IMG/VR virus record: IMGVR_UViG_3300025009_000135
Span: 1 to 53,650 of that record
Source: a virus
Lineage: Duplodnaviria; Caudoviricetes
DNA length: 53,650 bases
Direction: 5' to 3' (one strand)
Of the stretch, positions 45,691 through 53,650 are shown piece after piece. How positions within the stretch are numbered: position 1 is the first letter of the stretch; the number at the start of each line of letters is the position of its first letter. The notes under the pieces are model-generated. The model was given only the letters and a program-made list of their open reading frames with translations. It was not told where the DNA came from and did not search any database. The translations under genes and the position numbers were made by a program.

Positions 45691-46323
45691 TCAAAAATGC
45701 GGGCGTATCTGTACGCCTACGCCCGTCCAATATTTCATGAATTCTGCAATCGGATAGCGGTTATTCCATCCGGTTTTTGACAGATCATACTTGCCCGATG
45801 TTCGGTCGCCGTATGGATCGTCGATGATAACTTCGCGCACCTTGCCAAGTTCTAGCGAGATGGAATCAAAAACGTTTGCGTCTTGCTCGGTGGTAAAACC
45901 GACGATGTTGACGATATGGCCGCCAGCCGTCAGCTTTGTTGAGGCGGCAAACGGAACGCCTCGAACGATTCCATGCAGGGCTTCGCGGATTGTCCAGTTC
46001 CAGCGCGGTCCGATAAGCGGGCGCTGTTTCGGGTACCATAGTGCATTGACGGCCCACGCGATGACTTCCCAAAACTCGTTGGGGTTTTGGCCTTGAGCTT
46101 TCGGGTCGGCGCGGAGCATGATTGTTTGAGCGTCGCCGGTTTGGCATTGCGCGGTCAAGGCGTCTTCGGGCTGCGGGTATTGGTCACTCGCGGGGAACGT
46201 CCAGCCAGCGAGGGCGAGAGCTTCGACGGTGGCGGTTGGCTTGCAGGTGATTGCTGGGTCGATGGTGTTATTGCGCTGGGAGTAGTAGTTGGCTTTGGTC
46301 GGGGAGAGGTTGTATTCGCGCAT
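45691..46323 (-). CDS. papain-fold (C39-like) peptidase, probable endolysin
   Basis: YYSQRNN..TCKPT, GHIVNIVG, DDPYG. Confidence 0.7.
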   Translation of the reverse strand: MREYNLSPTKANYYSQRNNTIDPAITCKPTATVEALALAGWTFPASDQYPQPEDALTAQCQTGDAQTIMLRADPKAQGQNPNEFWEVIAWAVNALWYPKQRPLIGPRWNWTIREALHGIVRGVPFAASTKLTAGGHIVNIVGFTTEQDANVFDSISLELGKVREVIIDDPYGDRTSGKYDLSKTGWNNRYPIAEFMKYWTGVGVQIRPHF

Positions 46324-46338
46324 TTATCCGGCTTCCAA

Positions 46339-47112
46339 TTACTCAAACGATATAGCGGTTAGGCATTCGATAACCATACCGCAATGGACAATTGCACCAG
46401 CAGACGCTCCAGCTCCAAGCACACGGATATCGGTATCCGGTCCGACAACAATGTTGTATTTTTCAAGATTGAGCTGAACAGACAGGCCGGCTGGAAATTC
46501 TGAATAAAACTCGCGTCGCGGGGCAAACGCATTGCCATAGTCTTGCACTTGGATTGTGATTGTTCCGGCATATGTTCGAGCCGATAAGTCAAGGCTTGAT
46601 ACACGCCATAATCCGCCGGTAATATTAGGCGTGGTATAAAAGCACGTAGTACCCTGGCAAACGGTAGCGGGCATTCTGACTATAGCTGACGCAATAGTAA
46701 ACGTTCCTGGAACGCCTGGAGTAGAGTACGTTCCTCCGGTACCAGTTTTTACAGCATATATGTTTCCGGCATTAACAAGCCCATCCCCATATGCTTCGAC
46801 CTTGATAATAAAAACGCGGTACCATGTTTTGACGGTTGTGACTATTGTGGTTCCATCCATGGCAATGGTTTCTGTTTGGTATTTTTTGTCAGCTCCGAGG
46901 CCATAAATGGTTACTGACCGCGCGCCGGTACCAGCTGAATCGTCGTCTGCTGATGAGCTTGATATATCAAGCTTGGTTGCAGTGGCAAGCAAACCGCCTT
47001 GATTAAGCAAAATGTTACAACCGCCAATATCAGCCATAGTAGTAAGGCCGGTATCCAATCGACCTTTTACGACAATATGCTTGCTATTATAATTCTCTGA
47101 TACTATTGACAT
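46339..47112 (-). CDS. hypothetical beta-rich virion-type protein
   Basis: SSSADDDSAGTGARSVTIYGL motif. Confidence 0.55.
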   Translation of the reverse strand: MSIVSENYNSKHIVVKGRLDTGLTTMADIGGCNILLNQGGLLATATKLDISSSSADDDSAGTGARSVTIYGLGADKKYQTETIAMDGTTIVTTVKTWYRVFIIKVEAYGDGLVNAGNIYAVKTGTGGTYSTPGVPGTFTIASAIVRMPATVCQGTTCFYTTPNITGGLWRVSSLDLSARTYAGTITIQVQDYGNAFAPRREFYSEFPAGLSVQLNLEKYNIVVGPDTDIRVLGAGASAGAIVHCGMVIECLTAISFE

Positions 47113-47493
47113 CTATTCCCCCTCTACGTCATCGCCCCGCACGCGCGAGCGAAGAAATAAATTGAATTGCGTATCGGCAAGGTCGAGCATATCGGTTGCT
47201 TTTTTTACATTGCCGTTGATATTTCCGGTTGCCACTTCTAGGACTGTTCGCAATACTTTCGCTTGGATTATTTGGGTATCCATAATAGCGTCTTGCACGG
47301 AACTGGATTGCCGGATCATTTTTGACAGCGCGGCCGTATCTTTTGCTTCTTGCGCGCGGAGGTTTTCAATAGCTTTCGATTCTGGACTTTCAACGCTAAC
47401 GCGCCGGGCCAGAAACGTGCGCACCCACCCCATAAGCCACATAAGTACGGCGGTTGCTCCAGCTATCAATAAGGCTTTTGTAATATCATCCAT
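47113..47493 (-). CDS. single-TM holin/antiholin-like protein
   Basis: N-terminal TM plus helical domain; upstream of the peptidase. Confidence 0.5.
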   Translation of the reverse strand: MDDITKALLIAGATAVLMWLMGWVRTFLARRVSVESPESKAIENLRAQEAKDTAALSKMIRQSSSVQDAIMDTQIIQAKVLRTVLEVATGNINGNVKKATDMLDLADTQFNLFLRSRVRGDDVEGE

Positions 47494-47735
47494 TACATGG
47501 CCCTAAGGGGAAGGCGCTTTTTAATCGCCTCGACATCGGAACGGAGCTGCTCGATATCACGCTCAAACCGGACATTGATATCATGCTGGTGCTTGAAGTT
47601 AATTCCCATATCACGCGACATGGTTTCGGTAACTCCGCCCAGTTTGGCAAGCATGACACAATTGTATTCCAGCAACTCGCGGTCAGAAGCTGCCGACACG
47701 TCAATCACGTTTTCAGTTATATTCTTGATCGCCAT
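47493..47735 (-). CDS. hypothetical coiled-coil protein
   Basis: AGGAG RBS inside the portal 3' end. Confidence 0.55.
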   Translation of the reverse strand: MAIKNITENVIDVSAASDRELLEYNCVMLAKLGGVTETMSRDMGINFKHQHDINVRFERDIEQLRSDVEAIKKRLPLRAM

Positions 47736-47736
47736 G

Positions 47737-49434
47737 CTATTTGTCTCCTGTTTGGGTTTGATTATTTTGGGTTGCTGGTTGCGTTGCGGCTTGCGTTGCC
47801 GCCGCTGTTGCTTTTTGCGTTGATGGCGTTTGAACTTTGGCGAGGCGGTCAAACTCGTCCTTGATGGTGCGTAGGTTTTCGGAATAGTCGCCGCCATTAG
47901 TTTCGGCGGTAATCATGTCGCCGGTCTTGTAGCCGCGATCCTGCTCAAGCATATTTGCTTGGACGAGGTTCTTCGGGTCCATGTTCGGAAGGCGGTTGCC
48001 TACCCATATCGCGTTCGTATACGCTAGGCGCATTTCTTCGGAATCGGAATAGCCAGGCGCTTCGATACGGCCGCGCGGGAGTTCTCCGGCAAGCCACATT
48101 TGGTAAATGTCGTCTTCAAAATCGAAGCCGTGGTTTTCACGGAAGCGGGTTACGGCCATCCAGAACATGAGTAACTCGCCGCGAGCTCCGGAATATGATT
48201 GATTGAAGTTGAGCTGGACGGCGGAGATTGGCATGCCGCGACCGCTGGAAAGGTTTTTGAGCACGGTATCGTAGAACGTGCCGAAGTTGACGTTTGGGCG
48301 CTTGGTATCGAACGAATGGGGGGTGTGCCCGGCCGGAAGGGCATCAAGGACTACGCCGCCTTTCGTGAAATCGAGGCTTGCGGCGTGGTTGATATATTCC
48401 TGCGTTGCGGGGTCGGTGCTAACGGTTTCGGATTCGGTGGCCGACTTGGTACGAGCCGCGCCGCCGCCGAGTATGGGCTCGCCGTCTGAATCCTCGGGGG
48501 GCTCGATAAACATTGCGAAGATCGCGTTAACGATTGCGGCTTGAATTTCAAGTCCTTCGTACTGGCCGATTTTGGCTAGCTCTTCGATACAGTTGGCGAA
48601 GTACGGGACGCCGCGACGCTGTTTTTCGTTGGTAGTCAAGAAATTGTGAATCATCATAACGCGGCCGGACTTGGGGCCGAACCGTGAGATGCGGGTTGTT
48701 TCGCCGGTTTTATCGTCGTAGATAAAGTATGCTATTGCTTGCCCGTAGCCGTCGTATTCGATACCGTTAACAACTTCATTGCCCGGGGTGTTGGTATAGC
48801 CACCGGTGATATTTTCCGGAGGAATGAGCTGGATAGTCAAGGGGTTGGCGCGGCTAGTGTTGGAATACCGCAAGAGGGCGAAGTACTCGCCGTCCTGGAG
48901 GAGGTAGTCGAAGGCGGCGCGGGAAAGCTGGGGGAGGTTACGGCGGGTATTGTATTCGGGGGAGTAGGAATTTGACCATAAACGGTAGCGCTGCTCGGTA
49001 TTGCGTACCCATGCGGCGCGCCACTCGGGGGACAGGCGGCCACGAGGATCGATAATATCCCAGTAGGGTTGAGCGCGGAGGCGAAGGCCAGATCCGACGA
49101 CGGTCTCCGCGAGGCGGCCTGCCATGGCGGCACCGGCGGGAGACTCGAACAGGGCAATGCGGGACAGGCGGCGGAGGCGGTCGTTACTGGAGGCGTAGAC
49201 GTTGGAGTATCGCGTCATGGAGCCTATGGATTTTTCGGATGTCGGATATAGTTCGTTCTGGAGGCCAGACAATGAGGCTTGCGGCTGGTTGCCAAAAATG
49301 GCACGCATGGCGGCGACACGTCCGGCGTTCTCGGCACGCATACGCTTTTCTCTGGCGGTATCGCGCTGGAGAGTTGCCATACGCTCCTCATGAGCGCGGG
49401 CTGATTTTGTTTTGAACAGGTCAGTAATTTTCAC
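47737..49434 (-). CDS. portal protein, lambda family
   Basis: VGSGLRL, DGEYF, NGIEYD.YG.AIAY, QRRGVP, NQSYSGARGEL. Confidence 0.92.
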   Translation of the reverse strand: MKITDLFKTKSARAHEERMATLQRDTAREKRMRAENAGRVAAMRAIFGNQPQASLSGLQNELYPTSEKSIGSMTRYSNVYASSNDRLRRLSRIALFESPAGAAMAGRLAETVVGSGLRLRAQPYWDIIDPRGRLSPEWRAAWVRNTEQRYRLWSNSYSPEYNTRRNLPQLSRAAFDYLLQDGEYFALLRYSNTSRANPLTIQLIPPENITGGYTNTPGNEVVNGIEYDGYGQAIAYFIYDDKTGETTRISRFGPKSGRVMMIHNFLTTNEKQRRGVPYFANCIEELAKIGQYEGLEIQAAIVNAIFAMFIEPPEDSDGEPILGGGAARTKSATESETVSTDPATQEYINHAASLDFTKGGVVLDALPAGHTPHSFDTKRPNVNFGTFYDTVLKNLSSGRGMPISAVQLNFNQSYSGARGELLMFWMAVTRFRENHGFDFEDDIYQMWLAGELPRGRIEAPGYSDSEEMRLAYTNAIWVGNRLPNMDPKNLVQANMLEQDRGYKTGDMITAETNGGDYSENLRTIKDEFDRLAKVQTPSTQKATAAATQAATQPATQNNQTQTGDK

Positions 49435-49464
49435 CGGGTTGACTCCTTGCGGCTTCTCGCCGGG

Positions 49465-49716
49465 TTATGGCGTATAGTTGACATGCAATATTTGCGCGCC
49501 GGCATAGGTGCCTGATTTGATTTCATAGGCTTTGAGCCACAGGGCGAGGTATTTTGACGCTTTGTCGGGGTCGGGCGGGGTAACGGCTTGGCGGCCTTGG
49601 GTAGTGTCGAGGGAGTAGCCACCGGTCACGGCACCGTCGACGGCATCTTGATACGTGGCGATTTTGGCCGCGATCTGTTCGAGGGTGTAGTATTTAGCTA
49701 TTTGGTACGCGTTCAT
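49465..49716 (-). CDS. gpW-like head completion protein
   Basis: 83 aa directly before portal; GYSLDTTQGRQAVT. Confidence 0.65.
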   Translation of the reverse strand: MNAYQIAKYYTLEQIAAKIATYQDAVDGAVTGGYSLDTTQGRQAVTPPDPDKASKYLALWLKAYEIKSGTYAGAQILHVNYTP

Positions 49717-49743
49717 GGCTACCCCTCTTGGTCGGAATCAAAA

Positions 49744-49814
49744 AGCCGGATGAAGGAATCGAACCCCCACAGCGGAGTTACAGGCTCCGCGTCCTACCGC
49801 TAGACGAATCCGGC
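49744..49814 (-). tRNA. atypical tRNA, nominal Thr(UGU) with C33, no CCA
   Basis: GCCGGAT/ATCCGGC acceptor, GTCT-AGCGGTA-GGAC D arm, CGGAG-CCTGTAA-CTCCG anticodon arm, GGGGG-TTCGATT-CCTTC T arm. Confidence 0.8.
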
Positions 49815-49820
49815 ACAGTA

Positions 49821-49904
49821 TGGGATGCGTCCGGTCGGCCCGGTGCGGGGTAGCCTTATCCCCGACGACTGATGCCGCCTTACCCTTGCGGCCTCCGCAT
49901 CTCA
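49821..49904 (-). ncRNA. candidate structured ncRNA (four-way junction)
   Basis: Closing stem plus three hairpins, filling the space between late promoter and tRNA. Confidence 0.5.
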
Positions 49905-49908
49905 CGCA

Positions 49909-49942
49909 TATAGATATAGGCGTCTAGTTCAAATCTGTCTAG
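49909..49942 (-). promoter_or_regulatory. late-promoter motif copy (before ncRNA/tRNA/gpW/portal)
   Basis: CTAGACAGAT-N12-CCTATATCTATA. Confidence 0.75.
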
Positions 49943-49948
49943 GGGGTA

Positions 49949-50671
49949 CTATTTTTTATCCAGCTCAGACAGTTTCTTTTTGGCTCCGATAATCCAAAGC
50001 TTGTCGATTTCGGCTTCGGTTAATTCTTTGACGGCTCCCTCGAATAGCGGAGCGGGCTTGATTTGGACAGAGTCGCGGTCGGCATAGCGGACCATGGTCA
50101 CTTTTTTGCGCGTGACGTGGAAGATGGCATCGGGCGATTGGTACATGCCGGGCTTAAGGCCGCGCTTGGCTAGGCTGTAGAGAAGGGCGTACTGTTGGCG
50201 TACGTTCGGCGTTCCAAGCTGGCGCTGATATTGATTGATTGTTTTCGCCAAGCGGAACCGAGGGGCGACGGGTTTGTTTTGATCGCCTTCGCGGGCGGTG
50301 GCGAGCGGAACAGGGACGCGGGCGCCTGAGCCTTTGGCGCCTTTTTTCTTTCCGCCTATTTCCATGGCCGCAAGGTAATGGTCGCCTCCGCGCAGTTGCT
50401 TGACGCCGACTATAGCATTCACGTCATCCATACGGCGGAGGGTTTTCTTGTCAGATCGGTACGCTTTGGCTTGTAGAACGACGACAGAGCCGAGGGTAAA
50501 TTTCTCATTGCGAAGGCGGGTTTTGCCGCGTAGGGCTTTTTTGTAGCGGACAGCGATAAGCTTGGCGCCCATGGTCATAGCTTCGGCGCCCGCTTCTTGC
50601 AGTGCGATTCCGGCGCGTTGGAGGCGGCCCAGGATCTCGGGAAAATTGTCTTTGTAGTATTGGCTACTCAT
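49949..50671 (-). CDS. basic morphogenesis protein (gpZ/neck-like, tentative)
   Basis: Basic; YLAAMEIGG and C-terminal VQIKPAPLFEGAV pattern. Confidence 0.5.
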   Translation of the reverse strand: MSSQYYKDNFPEILGRLQRAGIALQEAGAEAMTMGAKLIAVRYKKALRGKTRLRNEKFTLGSVVVLQAKAYRSDKKTLRRMDDVNAIVGVKQLRGGDHYLAAMEIGGKKKGAKGSGARVPVPLATAREGDQNKPVAPRFRLAKTINQYQRQLGTPNVRQQYALLYSLAKRGLKPGMYQSPDAIFHVTRKKVTMVRYADRDSVQIKPAPLFEGAVKELTEAEIDKLWIIGAKKKLSELDKK

Positions 50672-52670
50672 TGTATGACTCCATGATTTCAAAGAATTTT
50701 ACCCAGTCGACGGCAACTTCGGTTTTTTTGTTGGCGCGGCGGGCTTTGTTGATCGCTTCGTAGTACTCGGCGCACAGGTAGAATCGGGCAGCGTAGTTCA
50801 TTTTCATAACGTCGAGGGGTTCGTTTCGGCGCTGGTGGGGGTTTTGGATTACGTGGGTTATCTTGCCATTCTTGCCTACGACTTCGATCATTTCTTCGGC
50901 GACTAATTGCTTGTAGAAGTCGGTATGGAGGTCAGCTGGGAAGTGGATGTAATACCTGGGGTATGGTGCGTCAGCGGTGGCGCGGTCGCGCTCGAGGCTG
51001 GCGTACACCATTTTTTTGAAACGTTGATCGTTGATGAGGATTGACGGATTGGCGATAGGGCTTGGGCTTTTTTTGTACGTGCGCCCGACAATTTGTTGAT
51101 CGCGGCCAAATACGGGGAAGACGCCATTCGGGGAATTTCGGCGCGGGGGATACATTCCGCATATTGACATGACAGCATCGGTGGAGAATCCGGCATCGAC
51201 AAATACGACCTTAGGCGCGCCAAGGTTGACGCCGTCCTCGCGGGTAGCTTCGTCGGTTATGGTTTGCGCCCACCTCCGCCAGCAATCGTCATCGGGGTCG
51301 GCAGGGTCGCCTTCGAAAGTCCAATATTTGAGCATCCAAGCTTCGTCGTTTTTACCCCAACCTACCAACGCGGATTCGATGCGGTTGCTTTGTACGTCGG
51401 TGGCGTGGGTGGTAAAAATGACGCCTTGAGGAATTCGGGTGTCGTCTTGCTTCCACGGTTCGGCACGGCGGGCGAGGACATGCGGCTCGGGGGTTTTTAC
51501 GGTGACATCGGAGCATTCGGCAAGCGAGTCGTTGATGAAGTCGGGGTACAGGATCGGGTCGTCTTTGACGCGCCAGTATTGCATGACGATATCAAGCCAC
51601 GAGCGGGTCGGGGAGTATAGGGCGTTGACTTGGCACGACCATAGGCCGGGACGGTCGGGCTTTTTTTGCGGGGTATATTCGGCGGTGCCGCCTTGCTTGC
51701 GGGTCAACAGGAGCTTAAACTTTTCGTGTTCGCGGAGAATGTGATCACAATCGATATTTTGGCAACGGTAGAAAGTTGGGTCATGAGTCACGCGGCCGTC
51801 ATCGTCCATGTCCACGCGGGGGGAGCCGTCTTCGTTTTTGTCCCAGTCCATGCCGGCCCAGACAAACGGCTGGCGATGGTTGCATTTGGGACAGACCCAG
51901 GTGAAGAGGCTTTTTGTACCGGACTCGAACAGGGGCAGAATCTGCGAGGTTGCTTTTTCTTTCGGGGTTGAGTTGTAATAGATGCGCCGATTGACGCCGT
52001 AGTTGTCGGTTCTTCGGACCACTTTCTCGACGGGGTTGCCTTTGCCTTTAAGGGACTGGGGGTACACGTCTATCTCTTCAACAATGGCAATTCTCGCCGG
52101 CATGGATCGGAGCTGACCTTCCGAGTTCGGGCCGACGGCGCGGATATGCGTGCCCTTGTAAGACTTGACGCCCTTGGTATCGCCGGTTGCACGGGCACCG
52201 CCGGATTTTTTGACGATTGGTTTAATGTGATGGCGAAGGCCGGACGCCTCAAGAAGCGGGTCAAGTCGCTTCTCAAAAGTTTCTTCGGCCATGGTTTGAT
52301 CGCCGGATATAAAGAGCTGCGGGCCGATACCGTAGTAAATATAATAGGCGATTAGGGCAAACGAGAGCATAGACATGCCGAGCTGGTTGGATTTGATGAT
52401 AGCGATTTCTTGTGTGAGGGAGCGGATTGACATGCGGTCGGCTATTTCATGGAGGTATGGGGTCAGGCGGAATGAGTACGGGCCTTGATAGTCGCCTTCG
52501 ACAATAACGATATGATCTTCGATCCAATCGGAGGCGGGCATGTTGGGGATACCGCGCGGCATGGTATCGACTAGGGCGGAGAGAAAGCGGATAAAGTCAT
52601 CTTGCTGTTCTGGGGTGCGGATGCTTTCGACTTGGTGACGGTGAATCGGGAGCTTGATGGTGGAGGTCAT
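50664..52670 (-). CDS. terL: terminase large subunit, lambda GpA family
   Basis: LTPYL, KSNQLG Walker A variant, IVEEID, STP, CPKC, DVQ, VDAG, RNEPLD. Confidence 0.93.
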   Translation of the reverse strand: MTSTIKLPIHRHQVESIRTPEQQDDFIRFLSALVDTMPRGIPNMPASDWIEDHIVIVEGDYQGPYSFRLTPYLHEIADRMSIRSLTQEIAIIKSNQLGMSMLSFALIAYYIYYGIGPQLFISGDQTMAEETFEKRLDPLLEASGLRHHIKPIVKKSGGARATGDTKGVKSYKGTHIRAVGPNSEGQLRSMPARIAIVEEIDVYPQSLKGKGNPVEKVVRRTDNYGVNRRIYYNSTPKEKATSQILPLFESGTKSLFTWVCPKCNHRQPFVWAGMDWDKNEDGSPRVDMDDDGRVTHDPTFYRCQNIDCDHILREHEKFKLLLTRKQGGTAEYTPQKKPDRPGLWSCQVNALYSPTRSWLDIVMQYWRVKDDPILYPDFINDSLAECSDVTVKTPEPHVLARRAEPWKQDDTRIPQGVIFTTHATDVQSNRIESALVGWGKNDEAWMLKYWTFEGDPADPDDDCWRRWAQTITDEATREDGVNLGAPKVVFVDAGFSTDAVMSICGMYPPRRNSPNGVFPVFGRDQQIVGRTYKKSPSPIANPSILINDQRFKKMVYASLERDRATADAPYPRYYIHFPADLHTDFYKQLVAEEMIEVVGKNGKITHVIQNPHQRRNEPLDVMKMNYAARFYLCAEYYEAINKARRANKKTEVAVDWVKFFEIMESYNE

Positions 52671-53488
52671 TTCTTCCTTCTCCCCTCCGCGCTTTTCTTT
52701 CCGCCCGTCGCCGGTTCCGGCTCTTCCTCGTCCTCTTCGATATCCGCTTTTTGCGTCATGCGCCCGGCTAATATAGCTTGGATTTCATGCGCGACGTTAT
52801 CCATGCGCTTCGATATGTCTCCTTCGAGCACGTCCATGACTTCGGTTTCGTGGCCGACCATGCCAAGACGTTTGCAGATCAATGACGCTTGCTTCGGGGC
52901 CACGTCGATATAGTTTCTTTGGAGCGCTTGCCACAATTCCAAAACAAACGACTCGAATACTTCGCGCTCTCCAAGGGTGCCGTGCATCTTATCTAGGTTG
53001 GCTTGCTTGAGCTGGGCGTCGGCTTTTATTTTTTGGGCTTCGTACAGATTTTTTCGGAGGACTTCGATCATTTCGGCGGGGGAAAATGCGGGGTTGCCTT
53101 CGCCTTCTTCGGACTGAAGTTTGTCGATTCCCATGATTGAGGCGAGGATGTCGCCGATACCTTGGCGGCCGGGCTTGTCTTTGGCGGCTGGGCGTTCGGT
53201 CTCGTCGCTGGAATCCTTGCGCCGAGGGGTTGGCTGATGTTCTGGCTTGCGTGGACGGCCTCGCTTGGCTGGGGCGGGAGGATCGCTTGGGGGTGGCGGC
53301 GGCGGGGCATTGAGGGCCATGAGGCCGGACGGGTTATGTTTGAGGATATAGGACTGATTGACTGGGTTGTCTGTATCGATGCGGCCGTCGGCGTCGGCGA
53401 TCAAGGTGCCTTTGGCGACGAGCTGATTGATTGATGCGCGGTTGACTTTGCAGACGGCAGCAAAGCGGGCTTGTTTTAATAGCGGCAT
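52667..53488 (-). CDS. terS: terminase small subunit (Nu1-like)
   Basis: N-terminal HTH (QARFAAVCKVNRASINQLV), C-terminal coiled coil, ATGA-coupled to terL. Confidence 0.75.
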   Translation of the reverse strand: MPLLKQARFAAVCKVNRASINQLVAKGTLIADADGRIDTDNPVNQSYILKHNPSGLMALNAPPPPPPSDPPAPAKRGRPRKPEHQPTPRRKDSSDETERPAAKDKPGRQGIGDILASIMGIDKLQSEEGEGNPAFSPAEMIEVLRKNLYEAQKIKADAQLKQANLDKMHGTLGEREVFESFVLELWQALQRNYIDVAPKQASLICKRLGMVGHETEVMDVLEGDISKRMDNVAHEIQAILAGRMTQKADIEEDEEEPEPATGGKKSAEGRRKK

Positions 53489-53541
53489 AATGGCCTTGAG
53501 GTAGAGAAATGCGGTGTTTTATTTGATGACTTAGCCATACA

Positions 53542-53575
53542 AATAGATATAGGTAACAACCTAACATTTGTCTAG
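53542..53575 (-). promoter_or_regulatory. late-promoter motif copy (before terS)
   Basis: CTAGACAAAT-N12-CCTATATCTATT. Confidence 0.7.
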
Positions 53576-53637
53576 TAGTAAGCACCGCGCAAAAAACGTT
53601 AGGCCGTTGACTGACCAGTCAGTTTATTCTTTTGGCG

Positions 53638-53650
53638 CCCGAAAGGTACT
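53638..53650. repeat. 13-nt terminal direct repeat (right copy)
   Basis: Identical to 1-13. Confidence 0.9.

Noticed and set aside
49821-49904. Known self-cleaving ribozyme (hammerhead, HDV/theta, twister-sister)
   Set aside because: No complete catalytic consensus found by eye, and the element is 5' rather than 3' of the tRNA; kept only as an unknown ncRNA
1-53650. Stop-codon reassignment
   Set aside because: Core genes are full length under the standard code and end in TAA, TAG and TGA; no suppressor tRNA

Overview
The window looks like one complete ~53.6 kb tailed-phage genome. The last 13 nt (CCCGAAAGGTACT) repeat the first 13 nt, so it closes into a circle, and the junction lies just upstream of terS. 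It has two convergent arms that meet at a bidirectional terminator near 24.05 kb. The + strand arm (0.75-24 kb) carries early/replication genes: MazG-like protein, two DNA methyltransferases, SLT-like transglycosylase, sigma70-like factor, Zn-finger/TOPRIM primase-helicase, SSB-like protein, RNA-ligase-family protein, IbrA/IbrB, tRNA-Gln, VRR-NUC, SF2 helicase, YqaJ-like and RecT-like proteins, two lipoproteins and many small ORFs. The - strand arm (53.5-24.1 kb) carries virion genes: a lambda-like head (TerS, GpA-type TerL, gpW-like, portal, ClpP-scaffold, capsid) and a Mu-like contractile tail. An extra block of lysis, fibre and nucleotide-hydrolase genes sits between portal and protease. 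I found no integrase, repressor, ParA, reverse transcriptase or CRISPR array. Most notable observations: (1) a 34-bp promoter motif present four times, heading late transcription units, together with a phage sigma factor; (2) an 84-nt four-way-junction RNA candidate plus an atypical tRNA directly behind one of these promoters; (3) two almost fully overprinted coiled-coil spanin-like genes; (4) several accessory genes flanked by duplicated gene-end or stop/start junction sequences; (5) an iteron-rich origin next to a dyad-symmetric cos-like site; (6) a lipoprotein apparently starting at AUU, and another whose RBS spacer is a C10 tract. All product calls come from motif recognition and synteny by eye, not database searches. 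The host is unknown; lipoproteins and spanin-like genes suggest a diderm.
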